Origin: Octopus bimaculoides
Taxonomy: Eukaryota
Length of the DNA stretch: 64,000 bases
Assembly: GCF_001194135.2 (NCBI RefSeq)
Contig: NC_068984.1
Location: 67,664,056-67,728,055 of the forward strand
Direction: 5' to 3'
Within the stretch, counting starts at the first letter, position 1. Each line of letters starts with the position of its first letter. Under the pieces are notes generated by a model. The model was not told where the DNA came from, searched no databases, and was given only the letters and a program-made list of their open reading frames with translations. Both the position numbers and the translations under genes were made by a program. Below are positions 1 to 12,380 of the stretch, one piece after another.

Positions 1-596
1 TATGCATGTATGGATATAAGTGTATGTATATGACGCATATATTTGCATACATATATGAATGCACGTTTGTATGTATAAATGTGTGTGCGCGTGTGTTTGT
101 GTGTGTAGACATTTGATGGTAAATGTCAGCTACGTTCCATGCATTGTTTCTTATGTAGTCACCTTATTTCTTCATTCAATTAACACATTTATATCGCGCC
201 CACTGCGGCGTTGTAGTAGTTTTATGACTGTAATGTCTATACTGGTCTATGCACGCGCATTAATCATTCCAAATATCCATTAAATGACATAAGTTCAGAA
301 CTGTAAGTTAATAAAATACATTTTTATTACGAAATACTTCTACCTCCTACACAGGCTATTACTATCGTAACTATTTGTGGCTTATCGAATGACGGAGCGG
401 GTATTAAATGTCCGAGATATCCGTAGCAGAGCGATTATGACGTCCTCCTGCAAATCATCCACTTCTAGTCTTGACAGAATTCTCCTCATCAGATAAAGCG
501 CTTACGAACCGAATTTTGAAGAAAGGGGGAAATATTTCATAAGTGAGGATAACATTTTAACGTAAGCATTCTTTAAAATAATAATATTAAAATATT

Positions 597-830
597 GTTG
601 TTTACTCTTTTACTCTTTTACTTGTTTCAGTTTTTTTACTGTGGCCATGCTGGAGCACCGCCTTTAGTCGAGCAACTCGACCCCAGGACTTATTCTTTGT
701 AAGCCTAGTACTTATTCTATCGGTCTCTTTTGCCGAACCGCTAGATTACGGGGACGTAAACACACCAGCATCGGTTGTCAAGCGATATTGGAGGGACAAA
801 CGCAGACACACAAACACATACACACACACA

Positions 831-880
<50 letters not shown>

Positions 881-1053
881 CATATATACGACGGGCTTCT
901 TTCAGTTTCCATTTACCAAATCCACTCACAAGGCTTTGGTCGGCCCGAGGCTATAGTAGAAGACACTTGCCCAAGATACCACGCAGTGGGACTGAACCCG
1001 GAACCATGTGGTTGGTAAGCAAGCTACTTACTACACAGCCACTCCTACACCTA
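597..1053 (-). mobile_element. tRNA-derived SINE, family A (octopus-type), near full length
   Basis: Minus-strand head TAGGTGTAGGAGTGGCTGTG...GGGTTCAGTCCC with A/B-box-like motifs, internal (TA)n/(TG)n tract and TTTTACTC-type tail repeats. Homologous copies at 1395, 18257, 45019 and 57728. Confidence 0.9.
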
Positions 1054-1200
1054 TAACTAAAATTTATTTCATCAGCTTTGGCTAATACTTGGGTAAAATG
1101 AATTTATACAAAATTGTTTATACGTGCTACAGAATAAGGATCCGACTTTTCAGAAAATTGTACTGTGTATGTATGTTAGAAGTAAGTAAAAAAATAAAAC

Positions 1201-1393
1201 CCAGTCAGGAATGGCCATGAGATCGCACCTAGAACGTTCCCCTCCGAGGCACAAGTCCGTGCAAGGCTGTTTATGGAAGACTAGATGTCACCCATGCATA
1301 CCAGCCTCCCCACGATGTTATCCTAGAGAAAGACAAAGTCCGATACTGCTTGCCACTAGTGACGTCACAACACATTTCTATAGCTAGTCATCT
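1201..1393 (-). mobile_element. SINE family C fragment (3' part)
   Basis: Similar to 11570-11720 (GAACGTTCCCCTCCGAGGCACAAG...GGAAGAC; GATGTT...CCGATAC...GTGACGTCACAAC). Confidence 0.6.
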
Positions 1394-1394
1394 C

Positions 1395-1761
1395 ACTGCG
1401 GTTGTCCTGGGGAACCGCCTTGGAGGGTTTTAGTCAAACAAATCTATCCCAGGACCTTTTTAAGCCTGGTACTTATTTTTTCGGTCTCTTTCGCCAAACC
1501 AATAAGTTACGGGGTGTAAACACACCAACAACGGTTGTCAAGCGTTGGATGGGGCAAACACAGGCACAAAGACACACATAGATAAATACACAGATATTCG
1601 ACGGATTTCTTTATGTTTCCGTCTACCAAACAAACATACAATCCTTTAGTCAGTCCGAGGTTATAGCAGACCACAATTGCCCAAGGTGCCACACAGTGGG
1701 ACTGAACTTGGAACCATGTGGGTTGGAAGCAAGATTCTTTTCACACGGCCAGCCTGCGCCT
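1395..1761 (-). mobile_element. SINE family A copy, diverged
   Basis: Colinear with 650-1053 (CCCAAGGTGCCACACAGTGGGACTGAAC..., AAACACACCAACAACGGTTGTCAAGCG). Confidence 0.9.
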
Positions 1762-1894
1762 GTATTTTGCTGATTCTCCTTTAGATTAAGTAAGACATAA
1801 TTAAGGTCTGAATGAGAGAAGTAAAATTTCGAAGGTAACAATTGAATTATTCCATCCCGTTACATTTACTGACGAGACGATGGATCTTCCGATT

Positions 1895-2003
1895 AGCTTG
1901 CTGGTAAGTTAGTGTCTGAGAGAATTTGAGCACAGAACGTAAAAGTCCGTAATTAAATACCGCAATACATTTGTCCCCAGCGCTCTACTTATTCTGCTAG
2001 CCC
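1895..2003 (-). mobile_element. SINE family B, degenerate 5' part
   Basis: GAATTTGAGCACAGAACGTAAA...AAATACCGC matches the reverse complement of the family B head (compare 13784-13830). Confidence 0.55.
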
Positions 2004-5000
2004 CTGTTAGTGCTCGTTGTACAATAACGAATGAAATATTGATTTTTGGCTCAAATTTCGTTAACGGTTATACAAGTTTGAGCTTATCGCTTAAAGTATT
2101 CATATAATATCACAAGTAATCATACGAAAGCAATTTAAGTGGAGTATTTTAGGTGCTGTATAATAACTAGTGAAACTTCAAACTATTTCGAATATATGTC
2201 CAATAATAGAATTTGGCAATTCTAAGCTTAATAACCTAAATATCGTATACTTTACGTTAGAGATTTTATGTGGAAATATGGTAAACTTCCTATGAATAAT
2301 TGCTATATAAGTCCTTTAACCTAACGCTATGTTGGTGGGAGTTCATATGATGAAAGGCCGCTGGGACATTATTAGAATCTAGTCGGAACAATGAATATAT
2401 TATATGTGGCAATTGTTGAAATCAATGATGGCAGTTTCTACTTTATTACCCAAAGCTCGCCTGTTCAAATCTTGCCAATCTTGTAAATCCATGTAAAATT
2501 ACATTGTATCATAGATTCGATTATATTCGATTATATTCAAATATGTTCATAGGCTCATTTCATTCTAAAAGACATTTTACAAAAAATTAACTTATGATTC
2601 ACACAAGAAGGAAATCCAAAGTTGATGTCGACTTCAACTTAGATTGTAAATGATGTTTCACAATTTGGAAGTATAAATATTCTTGAAAACAGTTCTGAGG
2701 AAAAGTGAACTACCTTACTGAGATCAGAAATGAACATTAAGGGCCCTATGATTTTTTTTTTTGCCTGATTAACCCCTTCACTGTGGTATTTGACGAAGTT
2801 AATTAGACTATGTTTTACTGGACCATATTTACTCCTGCATGAAGGCAAATGCAGTCGATAGAAACTTATTGGAGCTCGGTAATTATTTTGGTATTTGAAG
2901 AGAAAATTAGGTCTCAGATTCATATGAGAGGAACAATGGATTAAATAATGTCACTGAAGTATAACTGATTATATATAACAACTGACATAAACAAATTAAC
3001 ACAACTGCTCTCTTGGACATTTTTTGACCTTTTCGACATTTAGAATAAATTACAGACATCAAAATTCTTTAGAATCCGACTGATTCATACCATTACATAT
3101 TCTTCTAACATTATTTCTTAACGTTCACTCCGTTAGTTTGGGGATGGTCAGTGCTTAGGAAAGTGACTGCTTCCTGTGTTTATCATACACTCCTGTATAC
3201 AATTTCATCTAAAAAAAAAAAAAAATTACTCATGTTTGTTAAGTATATCCTCTAATGCCACTGTCTGCTAAGATTCTGTTTTGGTTTGTCCTATATTAAA
3301 AACCCGATTAAAATTAACACTCTGTGAAGGCTAAAATATAACACTTGTAAGAATTACGTCAAGGTAAGTTTCGAAGCACATGCACACAGATAAAAGTCAC
3401 AGGTTTGCAAACTTTAGTTGTAAGCATATCTTTTGCACAGTATCACCTATCATGAGACATATCTACTTCCAAATTTAGCCAGATCTTTGATCTATATAAT
3501 TTGTAGTACGAAATTTGTTGAGAACTTTAGAACTTCGACATCATGTAGAACACACTCACGTGATAGAACCAGACGGACTTCCTCACGAAATTTATTTGTG
3601 GGTCTCAGTCAAAAACTACAAGTTCCTATAAACCCATTCTTTCTTTTAAATAGAAACGGTTCTGCAAACTTAGTGAATTGCTGCCAGCTGATATGTTTAT
3701 ACTACAGAGACTACTGTCGGTCACTATCGTACGCAAATATGGAATTAGATACCATTAAATCTTTCTGCCTTTCAATAAGGCAGAATCATATACACTTTTA
3801 TTAAAATGCATTCTTATAGAATGTTCTTTTTTCCACATAGAAAAATGATAGATTTTATGCTTTATGTCAGGCACAAAATTGTAGCTAAAAATTGCATACG
3901 TTATATCACTTTTAAGTATCCGGACTAAAGTTTGTATAACTTTACTAACAACCTAATTCAAGTAAATTGTCATTTTATTGAGCAAATTTATGTTTATTGT
4001 TGTATCTTTGTATTAATTAACTCATTCTGTCTGGTGTTATTATATATGACATTCTCTATCGGAATCTGCGTTGTATTAGTTTTGGGGTATTGGTAAACAT
4101 ATGTTTGGCTGCTCATATCCAAGCAAATATTTCCTTCTTACCTACTTCGGTCGGCTATATTTGATACCACTTTCTTCTAAGCATCCTGATATTGTACAAT
4201 TCATTTGCGCAGCACACTTTTAATTTAACTTAAAATATATCATTTCTTATCAATAACAATCGATATAAACGTTTGAATAGGCATGAGTTCAGAAAAGTAT
4301 GTTGAATCATAGAAATACATCGTTAAATGCAATCGAATTATATCCTCCATTCTGAGAATAGCTATCTTGCAATTGGAAAGTATCTAAGAACATATCTCGA
4401 CGCTATATCTGATATTATTTTTAAAGTTGTAAGCTAGTTAACTTGAGCAATAAAGTGACGTAATTTGAACTTCTCCGTTGTCAATGGCTTGTTTAATCTA
4501 CTTATGTAGATATTGAAACGGTCCTAATTTTTTAGTGAAAGACATATCAACAGAGGCTGATTTAGAAAAGACCTTTTCAAATGCCTATAAATCTATTTAC
4601 CTCTTTTATGAAGTTTTGTAGATACTCAGTCGCCTATCAAAATGTTAGATAATGAAACATCTCATAAAAGAAACCAACAGTATTTTATCTGAGAACAATA
4701 GAATCTGTGATAAAATACTTTCCAGCTTCCAGACAAGCGGCACCATTAATGCAATAAGTGCTAAAGGCTTTCATTTCATTTGTGCATTAAGCGGAACATA
4801 CCCAGCTTGGAATACATATGTACCCGAAATCTTATTTTCTTGCATATCATTCGTTTTTTTTCATCAATATTACATAGAGTGCGTAAATGAATAATTTCCA
4901 GTATTAATAGTATGTGGTTGATTTGTATACACTGAAGGCATAGTTTATAAGAATAATCTTAAAAGAATAAAATCTCTCCACTTTTATACGAAGTCAATGC

Positions 5001-5174
5001 TGAGAGGAGACACCGAAATAATGCAAGGAAACATAACGAAAGGTAATATAATTTACGTCTTGAATGCCTCTGTTTCAAAGAAACTTTGTATGAAAGACAC
5101 GTTGAGATTCTTATGAATGTTATATTAATATACTGGTGTATTCCTTTGGAACAAGTACATTTTTTGTTGAGACC

Positions 5175-5360
5175 AGTTGTTACAGTTGTTGTTTAGATGC
5201 CGCTAGTCATGATCGAGTAAACCTATGATCAGTAACTTTCCAGCAGTTGCCATTCCATTTCTTATTCAAATAAGCCTCTATCTAGGAATGCATATCAAAT
5301 ATATTCATTTTCTTTGTTTGGAATGAGATTTGAGGAGCATTCAGTTGTAATGTTTAACAT
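5175..5360. repeat. Dispersed repeat, degenerate (related pieces at about 12400-12512, 20740-20810 and 61070-61130)
   Basis: Shared motifs (GTTGTTTAG...GATCGAG...CCTATGATC; TTTGA.GG.GA...GCTGCT.TTTCTAGCAGGT.GAG). Recalled as a common octopus repeat; not searched. Confidence 0.4.
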
Positions 5361-5564
5361 ATTTTGACTTGTTTCGAAAGGTTTATGGGATTTACGCAAT
5401 CCAGTATATAACGGTTTTTTAATTTATTGTCCGAAGATTGATAAAACGTAAGATAGATCACAACCCATTCTTTCTGTAAAAACTTACATAGAGGCAGAAT
5501 AATAAGTGATTGGTTGCCATGAACTCTTCTTTCTTGGTCTCTTTAATGAAACTAATTCTCAGGG

Positions 5565-5707
5565 ACAGGCAGAGAGAGGGGAGAGAGAGGGGGAGAAACA
5601 GAGTGTGGGAAACTGACACAAAGCGAGAGAGGGAGAGAGTGAAAGGGGAAAGCGAAAAAGAGAGAAAGGGAGAGGTAAAAAGAAAATGAGAGGGAGGGAA
5701 GGAGAGG

Positions 5708-5757
<50 letters not shown>
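5565..5757 (+). repeat. GA-rich / (GA)n microsatellite
   Basis: Degenerate purine tract ending in a pure (GA)n run. Confidence 0.95.
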
Positions 5758-5759
<2 letters not shown>

Positions 5760-6927
5760 AAACGGGCCCTGTACATACATGACTGGTATTTTGAGACATC
5801 GAATTGCCGAACGGATGAAATGCAAGTTAAATATTGACAGATTTGAACTCAATGGAGAAAGCATTCTATTCACGACTCGAATGGTTATGCCATTTCGCTA
5901 TTTTCTAGATTACTATGTAATTTGAACTCAGGTAGGAAACTAAATTCTCATAGGTTTTGTATCGGTTCTAATCCTTCAATCACACTCATAATTTATGTGA
6001 TATACCGAAAGCAAATACACTGTTGTATTATATTGAAGGAGTTTACAACTTAAAGTAATAAAGATATATACATTTTTTCCCTTCATCTCTCTGAAAGCTT
6101 ATTCAAGATTTGAAACTGCACATGATATAAATATCATGCCGCATACTTATGAGCTTAAGTAGATCTAGTGAGAAAGATATTTTACAAAACATTATGGATG
6201 ATCTAATTTCCGTTACTGGTGCTTATGTTTAATATCATTTCACGTTGAATTTTTGCAATTCATTTAATAAATTTGAGTTAGTAATAAATATTTATTGCTT
6301 TTATTAAGTGATTTTCCGAAAGTATAGCGTTTAAGAAAGGAATATATAAAATCTTTAAAATATTTATTATGATATTAATATATCCTTCGGGTGCAATATG
6401 TTTTCTCTTTTCAGGATAAAATATAGAACTTTCTGAATATATACTTCAAATAAAGGAAAGTAAATACCATTGACGACAGCTTTAATACCTCGGAACAGCA
6501 AACTGAATCCACGTCGATCGATTCTTCTCAACCATTTGACAGATAACAAATAACAACCAAATACCGCTCAATTCGGAGACTGCACAGATATAGAACACAT
6601 TGAACAATATATTTTGGTTGCAGTTCTAGTTGTTCAACACCAAATTACATGTTAATATGAAGGACAGCATCTGAAACTTGAAGCTAAATATACCCGTAAA
6701 ATTGTGAAACAGCACGATATAAAATGCAAGATTAAATATATGTAATGTAGGGTAAAACCATTACTAAAAAAATGAAGATCCGATGGTCATAGCATGAAAA
6801 CTTTTGACAAGTGGAGAAATTTTACAACATGAATAATTAAGGTTATTTTTATATACAGTGCTGATTGATTTAAGGATTGTAGTGACGCCTGTACCTGATA
6901 TAATCTATAATCAACAGTAGCAAGCGT

Positions 6928-6943
6928 ACACACACACACACAC

Positions 6944-7000
<57 letters not shown>
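6928..7000 (+). repeat. (CA)n microsatellite abutting a transposon end
   Basis: Direct reading of the sequence. Confidence 0.95.
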
Positions 7001-7002
<2 letters not shown>

Positions 7003-7790
7003 GAATGCGGTAAAAGAACTGTCATTTCAGTTGCGCAAAAATGAATATAACACTGACATATATTCGCCAACATTACATTAAAAAATCTTGAAATACTAAA
7101 GAGTAAATGTATTCAATAAAATCGCCATTGTCTTCAACCACGGCTTCGAGGCGACTTCGGAACCTCTTGCAACTCTTCTGGACGGTCTCCTTATTTAAGT
7201 TGGTGAATGCTGCCATTATTTTTGCTTTCAGGTCATCTTTAATGTTACAAGGAGCTTTGTTGGTCAACTGCGCCCCACACATAATAATCAGGGGGGTTGC
7301 AATCAAGGGGGTTAGATGGCCAGATGTTAGGGATGACGTGGTCGCAGAAATTGTCTGATAGCTATGACTAAGTTCTCTTTGTGTCGCATGATGCAGAGTC
7401 CTGTTGCCAGACATAGGGAACTCCAGCAGCCACCCTCTTGATCCAGGGCAGCGCTTCCTCCACCAGGTACTTGATGTTTGCCTCCGTGTTGAGTGTGAAA
7501 CCGTGCGAGAAGATGAATGGAGGCATAAAGTCGCCATCACTAGTGACCATTCCAAACACCATAATGTTGACTAGATGTTTCATTTTATCCCTCTCGGTAC
7601 GCATTCTCAGGTTGCACTGTCCCCAGATTGATACCCAAACACTCTGAAATGTTCGTATTGGAGCCTCCGGCTCGAATGCCAAGTAGTGCAGTATGTCGTT
7701 ACCAAATTTCTGGCAGAGTGAATTGCGTCATGGTGCTGTTCTCTCACAGACGGTGCCCAACTGACTCGACCATACTGTGTAGTTGACAAA
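7001..7790 (-). mobile_element. Tc1/mariner-superfamily DD37D (maT-type) non-autonomous deletion derivative, 5' end truncated
   Basis: Broken transposase frames: VNIMVFGMVTSDGDFMPPFIF, WQQDSA, degenerate WP-N-D-NP-DYYVWG, KETVQKSCKRFRSRLEAVVEDNGDFIE. Terminus CAGAATGCGG at 7001 resembles the CAGGGTGCA start of the copy at 51631. Confidence 0.9.
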
Positions 7791-8045
7791 AGTATAATGA
7801 AGCAAGTGTACTCGTGCGTGTGTGTGTGTATGTATATTCCCTTCTTTAACGGTCATTGTAATAGCACTTTTGTCTTACAAACGGTTAATTAAATTGTAAT
7901 TTCCCTTTGTTTAACGCTCATTTTCATAGCATATTTTGATTGCCTCGATAACTAAAGAGATGCAGGTTTCCGCCCCGACATCCGAAACTCGGAGTTTTAT
8001 TATGGCAACCGAATAATTGTCACATTTTATATTATATACATATAT

Positions 8046-8988
8046 NNNNNNNNNNNNNNNNNNNNNNNNNNNNNNNNNNNNNNNNNNNNNNNNNNNNNNN
8101 NNNNNNNNNNNNNNNNNNNNNNNNNNNNNNNNNNNNNNNNNNNNNNNNNNNNNNNNNNNNNNNNNNNNNNNNNNNNNNNNNNNNNNNNNNNNNNNNNNNN
8201 NNNNNNNNNNNNNNNNNNNNNNNNNNNNNNNNNNNNNNNNNNNNNNNNNNNNNNNNNNNNNNNNNNNNNNNNNNNNNNNNNNNNNNNNNNNNNNNNNNNN
8301 NNNNNNNNNNNNNNNNNNNNNNNNNNNNNNNNNNNNNNNNNNNNNNNNNNNNNNNNNNNNNNNNNNNNNNNNNNNNNNNNNNNNNNNNNNNNNNNNNNNN
8401 NNNNNNNNNNNNNNNNNNNNNNNNNNNNNNNNNNNNNNNNNNNNNNNNNNNNNNNNNNNNNNNNNNNNNNNNNNNNNNNNNNNNNNNNNNNNNNNNNNNN
8501 NNNNNNNNNNNNNNNNNNNNNNNNNNNNNNNNNNNNNNNNNNNNNNNNNNNNNNNNNNNNNNNNNNNNNNNNNNNNNNNNNNNNNNNNNNNNNNNNNNNN
8601 NNNNNNNNNNNNNNNNNNNNNNNNNNNNNNNNNNNNNNNNNNNNNNNNNNNNNNNNNNNNNNNNNNNNNNNNNNNNNNNNNNNNNNNNNNNNNNNNNNNN
8701 NNNNNNNNNNNNNNNNNNNNNNNNNNNNNNNNNNNNNNNNNNNNNNNNNNNNNNNNNNNNNNNNNNNNNNNNNNNNNNNNNNNNNNNNNNNNNNNNNNNN
8801 NNNNNNNNNNNNNNNNNNNNNNNNNNNNNNNNNNNNNNNNNNNNNNNNNNNNNNNNNNNNNNNNNNNNNNNNNNNNNNNNNNNNNNNNNNNNNNNNNNNN
8901 NNNNNNNNNNNNNNNNNNNNNNNNNNNNNNNNNNNNNNNNNNNNNNNNNNNNNNNNNNNNNNNNNNNNNNNNNNNNNNNNNNNNNNNN
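8046..8988. other. Assembly gap (others: 18714-19294, 21578-21743, 23505-23585, 27817-28256, 30330-30673, 35506-36490, 57670-57679, 62807-63025)
   Basis: Runs of N; six of the nine abut (TA)n or (CA)n microsatellites. Confidence 1.
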
Positions 8989-10047
8989 TATATATTCTAT
9001 AAAATAGTCTTAAAAAAGACACTGATCTTTTTACAGAAATAGCATTGTAAGATGTGATAACGTAAACCGTTTTGCATTATTTTTCATACCATCTAAAAAA
9101 CAAAAAAAAAAATGAAATATAAATAAAAAAAGATAGGTGAAAATAAATGCATTCCCAAAATCTTACGTTGATGGGAATAAGCACAGTTGCTAACAGTTAT
9201 ACAATATATAGGAAGTAAGTATGAATATGAAGTTCAGCAAATAATAGTTTTTCAAAGTGTCGCATGAATATATTTATCTGCACGAAAAAACGACGCGCCA
9301 AACAAAACTACGACGTAGTACTCTGTTCCTACTAGAGTCGTACACCTCAGTGTGTCCCTTACAAAGTTGGCAAAATCAGTATCAAGTAAAGTGTTGGTAT
9401 CGATAATATGACTAAAGTCCTTTAAGATGCTGTTTCAACATGGTTGCAGTACATAGATTGATGGAGAAATAGCTTTAGAAGTGACAAATAGAGAAAGACA
9501 CGTTCAAATACACACATATACAAACATACATAGACATAGACTCAAGCATACGTATACACGCACAAACACTCACACCTATACATTACTAAAATTAATTGAA
9601 GGAGAATTTGGAAAATATTCAGCTCTTTTTAACTATGAACATAATCACTTCTCTAATAACAAGCATGGCTTGGCATTGAATTAACTAAAGTAAACATGCG
9701 GAAAATGTGGGTTTAGAATTATTGGTGTCTTTTCAAAACGGTAATTAATTGCCATAGTCATCGCTCAGAAGATAAGATCAAACCACATTGATTATTAATT
9801 TCTTACCAATTAAATTGATGTTTGGGCTTAAAACAAGGTTTTCATATACTGTCATTACGTATGAAGCTCATTATCTCTCATGCCCAGGTCATGGTTAAGA
9901 ATATTTCTCCTTTTTATGCTAAATGGTTAAAAACTACATATTTAATGGAAATATATTTAAAAACTTGAAGGATTTCATGATTAAAATTTTGTTTCATTAG
10001 CCCTTATTTAAGATAACTAATTTTTTTTTTCTTTTTATATTTAATAA

Positions 10048-10216
10048 CTGAGCGTTCATAATTACTGAATGCGAATGTAATTAAAGTTGGTGAACATTTG
10101 GCCTCACCAGCACTGTGGAAATGAGTAAACTTGATATAGTATAAAGCATATTTTACATCGTTACAATATACAATTTATCAATTCCATTCCATACTCCATC
10201 TCTGTGAATATCTCAT

Positions 10217-10269
<53 letters not shown>

Positions 10270-11411
10270 CAAATAAGAAAATGGAGAGGATAAACAATCG
10301 ACAAACATCAGCCTGTTAACACTAAATTTTAACTCTTTATTAATTGATTACAATCTTATGTATAAGTGATCGAAATAAATGAAAGAAATAAGCAAATAAA
10401 TAAGTATATAAATGAATTAAAAAAAACATATAATATTAAATGAATTACAAATAGTGAACTCTTACAGCTGTTTCTATCATGGGGTTGCCCAATCTCCCAA
10501 GTTTCCTACATCATACCAGTGATATACAGGGGTTAAACAAAGATTGAACAAACATTAGACAGGGGTTGGACAATGGTTGAGCCCCAAGGCTTCATCAGAG
10601 ATACCAAATGTTAGGAAACTAACATGTGGGGACGTAAGTTGAAATAATAAAGTAAAATAAAATAAAAATAACAAAACAGAAATAGTAAGGAATGGTAAGA
10701 GCGTCATTTCACAGTGCTATCATAATCCACGGTATTACATGTTATTATTTTAACTTACATCCCCACATGATAGTTTCCTAACATTTGGTCTCTCTGATGA
10801 AGCCTTGGGGCTCAACCATTGTCCACCCCCTGTCCAATGTTAATTAAACCTTTGTAAAATCCCTGTATATCACTGGCGTGACGTGGGAAACTTGGAAGAT
10901 TGGGCAACCCCATGATAGAAAGAGTTGTAATAGTTCACTATTTGTACACCCATTTATTCTTATTCGTTTATTTTCATTTACCTATTTATTTACTTATATA
11001 TTTGCATATTTCACTCGTTTATTTGGAGCGCTTATACATAAGATTATAATCAATTAATAAATAGATATAATTGAATTTTTACAAGCTGATGTTTGTCGAC
11101 TGTTTATTCTCTCCATTTTCTTATTTGCCTTATAAATCCTGGGTAAATTTCTGCTTTACCTCCACCCATACCTAGTATCCAATTGCAATATTGCCCTAAA
11201 ATAGTAAGCACTTGAATATAAATTCGTAGGTATATATATTCACAGAGAGATGGAATATGGAATGGAATTGATACATAATATATTGTAACGATGTAAAATA
11301 TTATGCTGCATGCTTTATACTATATAAAGTTTACTCATTTCCACAGTGCTGGTGAGGCCAAATGTTCACCAACTTTAATTACTTTCGTATTCAGCAATTA
11401 TGAACACCCAG
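10048..11411. repeat. Long nested inverted repeat (palindrome). Outer arms 10048-10211 / 11236-11411; inner arms 10263-10650 / 10742-11134; 91-nt central spacer
   Basis: Arms read as reverse complements, e.g. TATAAGGCAAATAAGAAAATGGAGAG vs CTCTCCATTTTCTTATTTGCCTTATA, and GTTGGTGAACATTTGGCCTCACCAGCACTGTGG vs CCACAGTGCTGGTGAGGCCAAATGTTCACCAAC. Confidence 0.95.
10459..10602 (-). ncRNA. Penelope-type type-I hammerhead-like motif with long stem II (left arm); degenerate twin on + at 10790-10933
   Basis: Minus strand: TCT CTGATGA A [about 117 nt] GAAA CAGCTG TA AGAG. Both core boxes, a palindromic stem III and a short stem I are present; the stem II closing pair is non-canonical. Confidence 0.4.
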
Positions 11412-11497
11412 CAGTATATTGGATATTTACTATCCCTTAACTGGTTACTTAACCTCTCTCTCTCTCACACATACACGCACACACACACAGACACAAA

Positions 11498-11546
<49 letters not shown>

Positions 11547-11569
11547 CCATATATATTTAGGTAAAAGGA

Positions 11570-11841
11570 GGCATCCCGAAACTTCCCTTCAGAAGCACAA
11601 CCTCAGAGGAGTCTGTGGAAGACACCAGTCCCCCCTCTCGCGCCACCGATGTTGTCCGAAAGAAAGGCAACAACCGATACAGTGTGGCATTGGTGACGTT
11701 GCAACTCATCTCTTCAGCTGAGTGAACCGAAGCAAAGTGAAAAAAGTGTCTTGTTCAAGAACACAATACACTGCCCAATCCAGGAATCGATCTCATAACC
11801 TCATGATTGTGAGTCCTTTGCGCTGAAGTATGCACCTTCAT
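11570..11841 (-). mobile_element. tRNA-derived SINE family C
   Basis: Minus-strand head ...CATGAGGTTATGAGATCGATTCCTGG (B-box-like), then GTGTATTGTGTTCTTGAACAAGACACTTT...TTCACTCAGCTG, typical of conserved SINE central domains. Confidence 0.8.
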
Positions 11842-12345
11842 ATATAAATGTAAAACCGTGGAATAATCTGCAGATTTTGACCCATATACTACAAACTAAT
11901 ACAGCATTAAAATGGGTTTTCTTTCTGCTTTCATTAAAGTAAGAATTACAACAAACATTTCTCTTTCATTTGTTCATTGGAAACAATTCGCCTCTCTCCA
12001 TGGTGCTATGGTGAAGCGACTACCTGAGTTTCTCACCATTGAAGTACCATGATAAAACTGAACGTATGAAAGGATTGTACATCCACGAGCTTATGAGTAA
12101 GCTGAGTCTAGGAAGAAATTAAAGAGTCTTCAATTCAAATAACAAATCGATTAGCTTCAGTGCAATCTGGAAATGAAACAATTATAGACAGCCAATTTTC
12201 CAGACATAACTGTGAATCTAGAATATGAAACATGAAAGTTTTGCCGGTAACTTTGGTTATATAACTCAATTTTATAGAATATATTTTATTAGGTATTTGA
12301 GCATTTGTGAATGTTAACATGATACCACCCTTTGTGACACTTATT

Positions 12346-12380
12346 GCTTACCTGAAATAGAATTTGTGAAAATATAAATC
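12346..12380 (-). other. Candidate recursive splice site (3' splice site immediately followed by 5' splice site); junction 12352/12351
   Basis: Minus strand ...TTTATATTTTCACAAATTCTATTTCAG|GTAAGC; about 28 nt AG-free upstream. Confidence 0.45.

Noticed and set aside
4720-4760. Minus-strand TYCINGAACLEAG resembling an EGF-repeat start, with weak AG and GT borders
   Set aside because: Only two cysteines, a poor polypyrimidine tract and no partner exon; compatible with chance.
6460-6546. Plus-strand protein-like stretch TIDDSFNTSEQQTESTSIDSSQPFDR*
   Set aside because: The nearby strong acceptor (about 6414) leads to stops in all three frames before reaching it, and no homology is recognisable.
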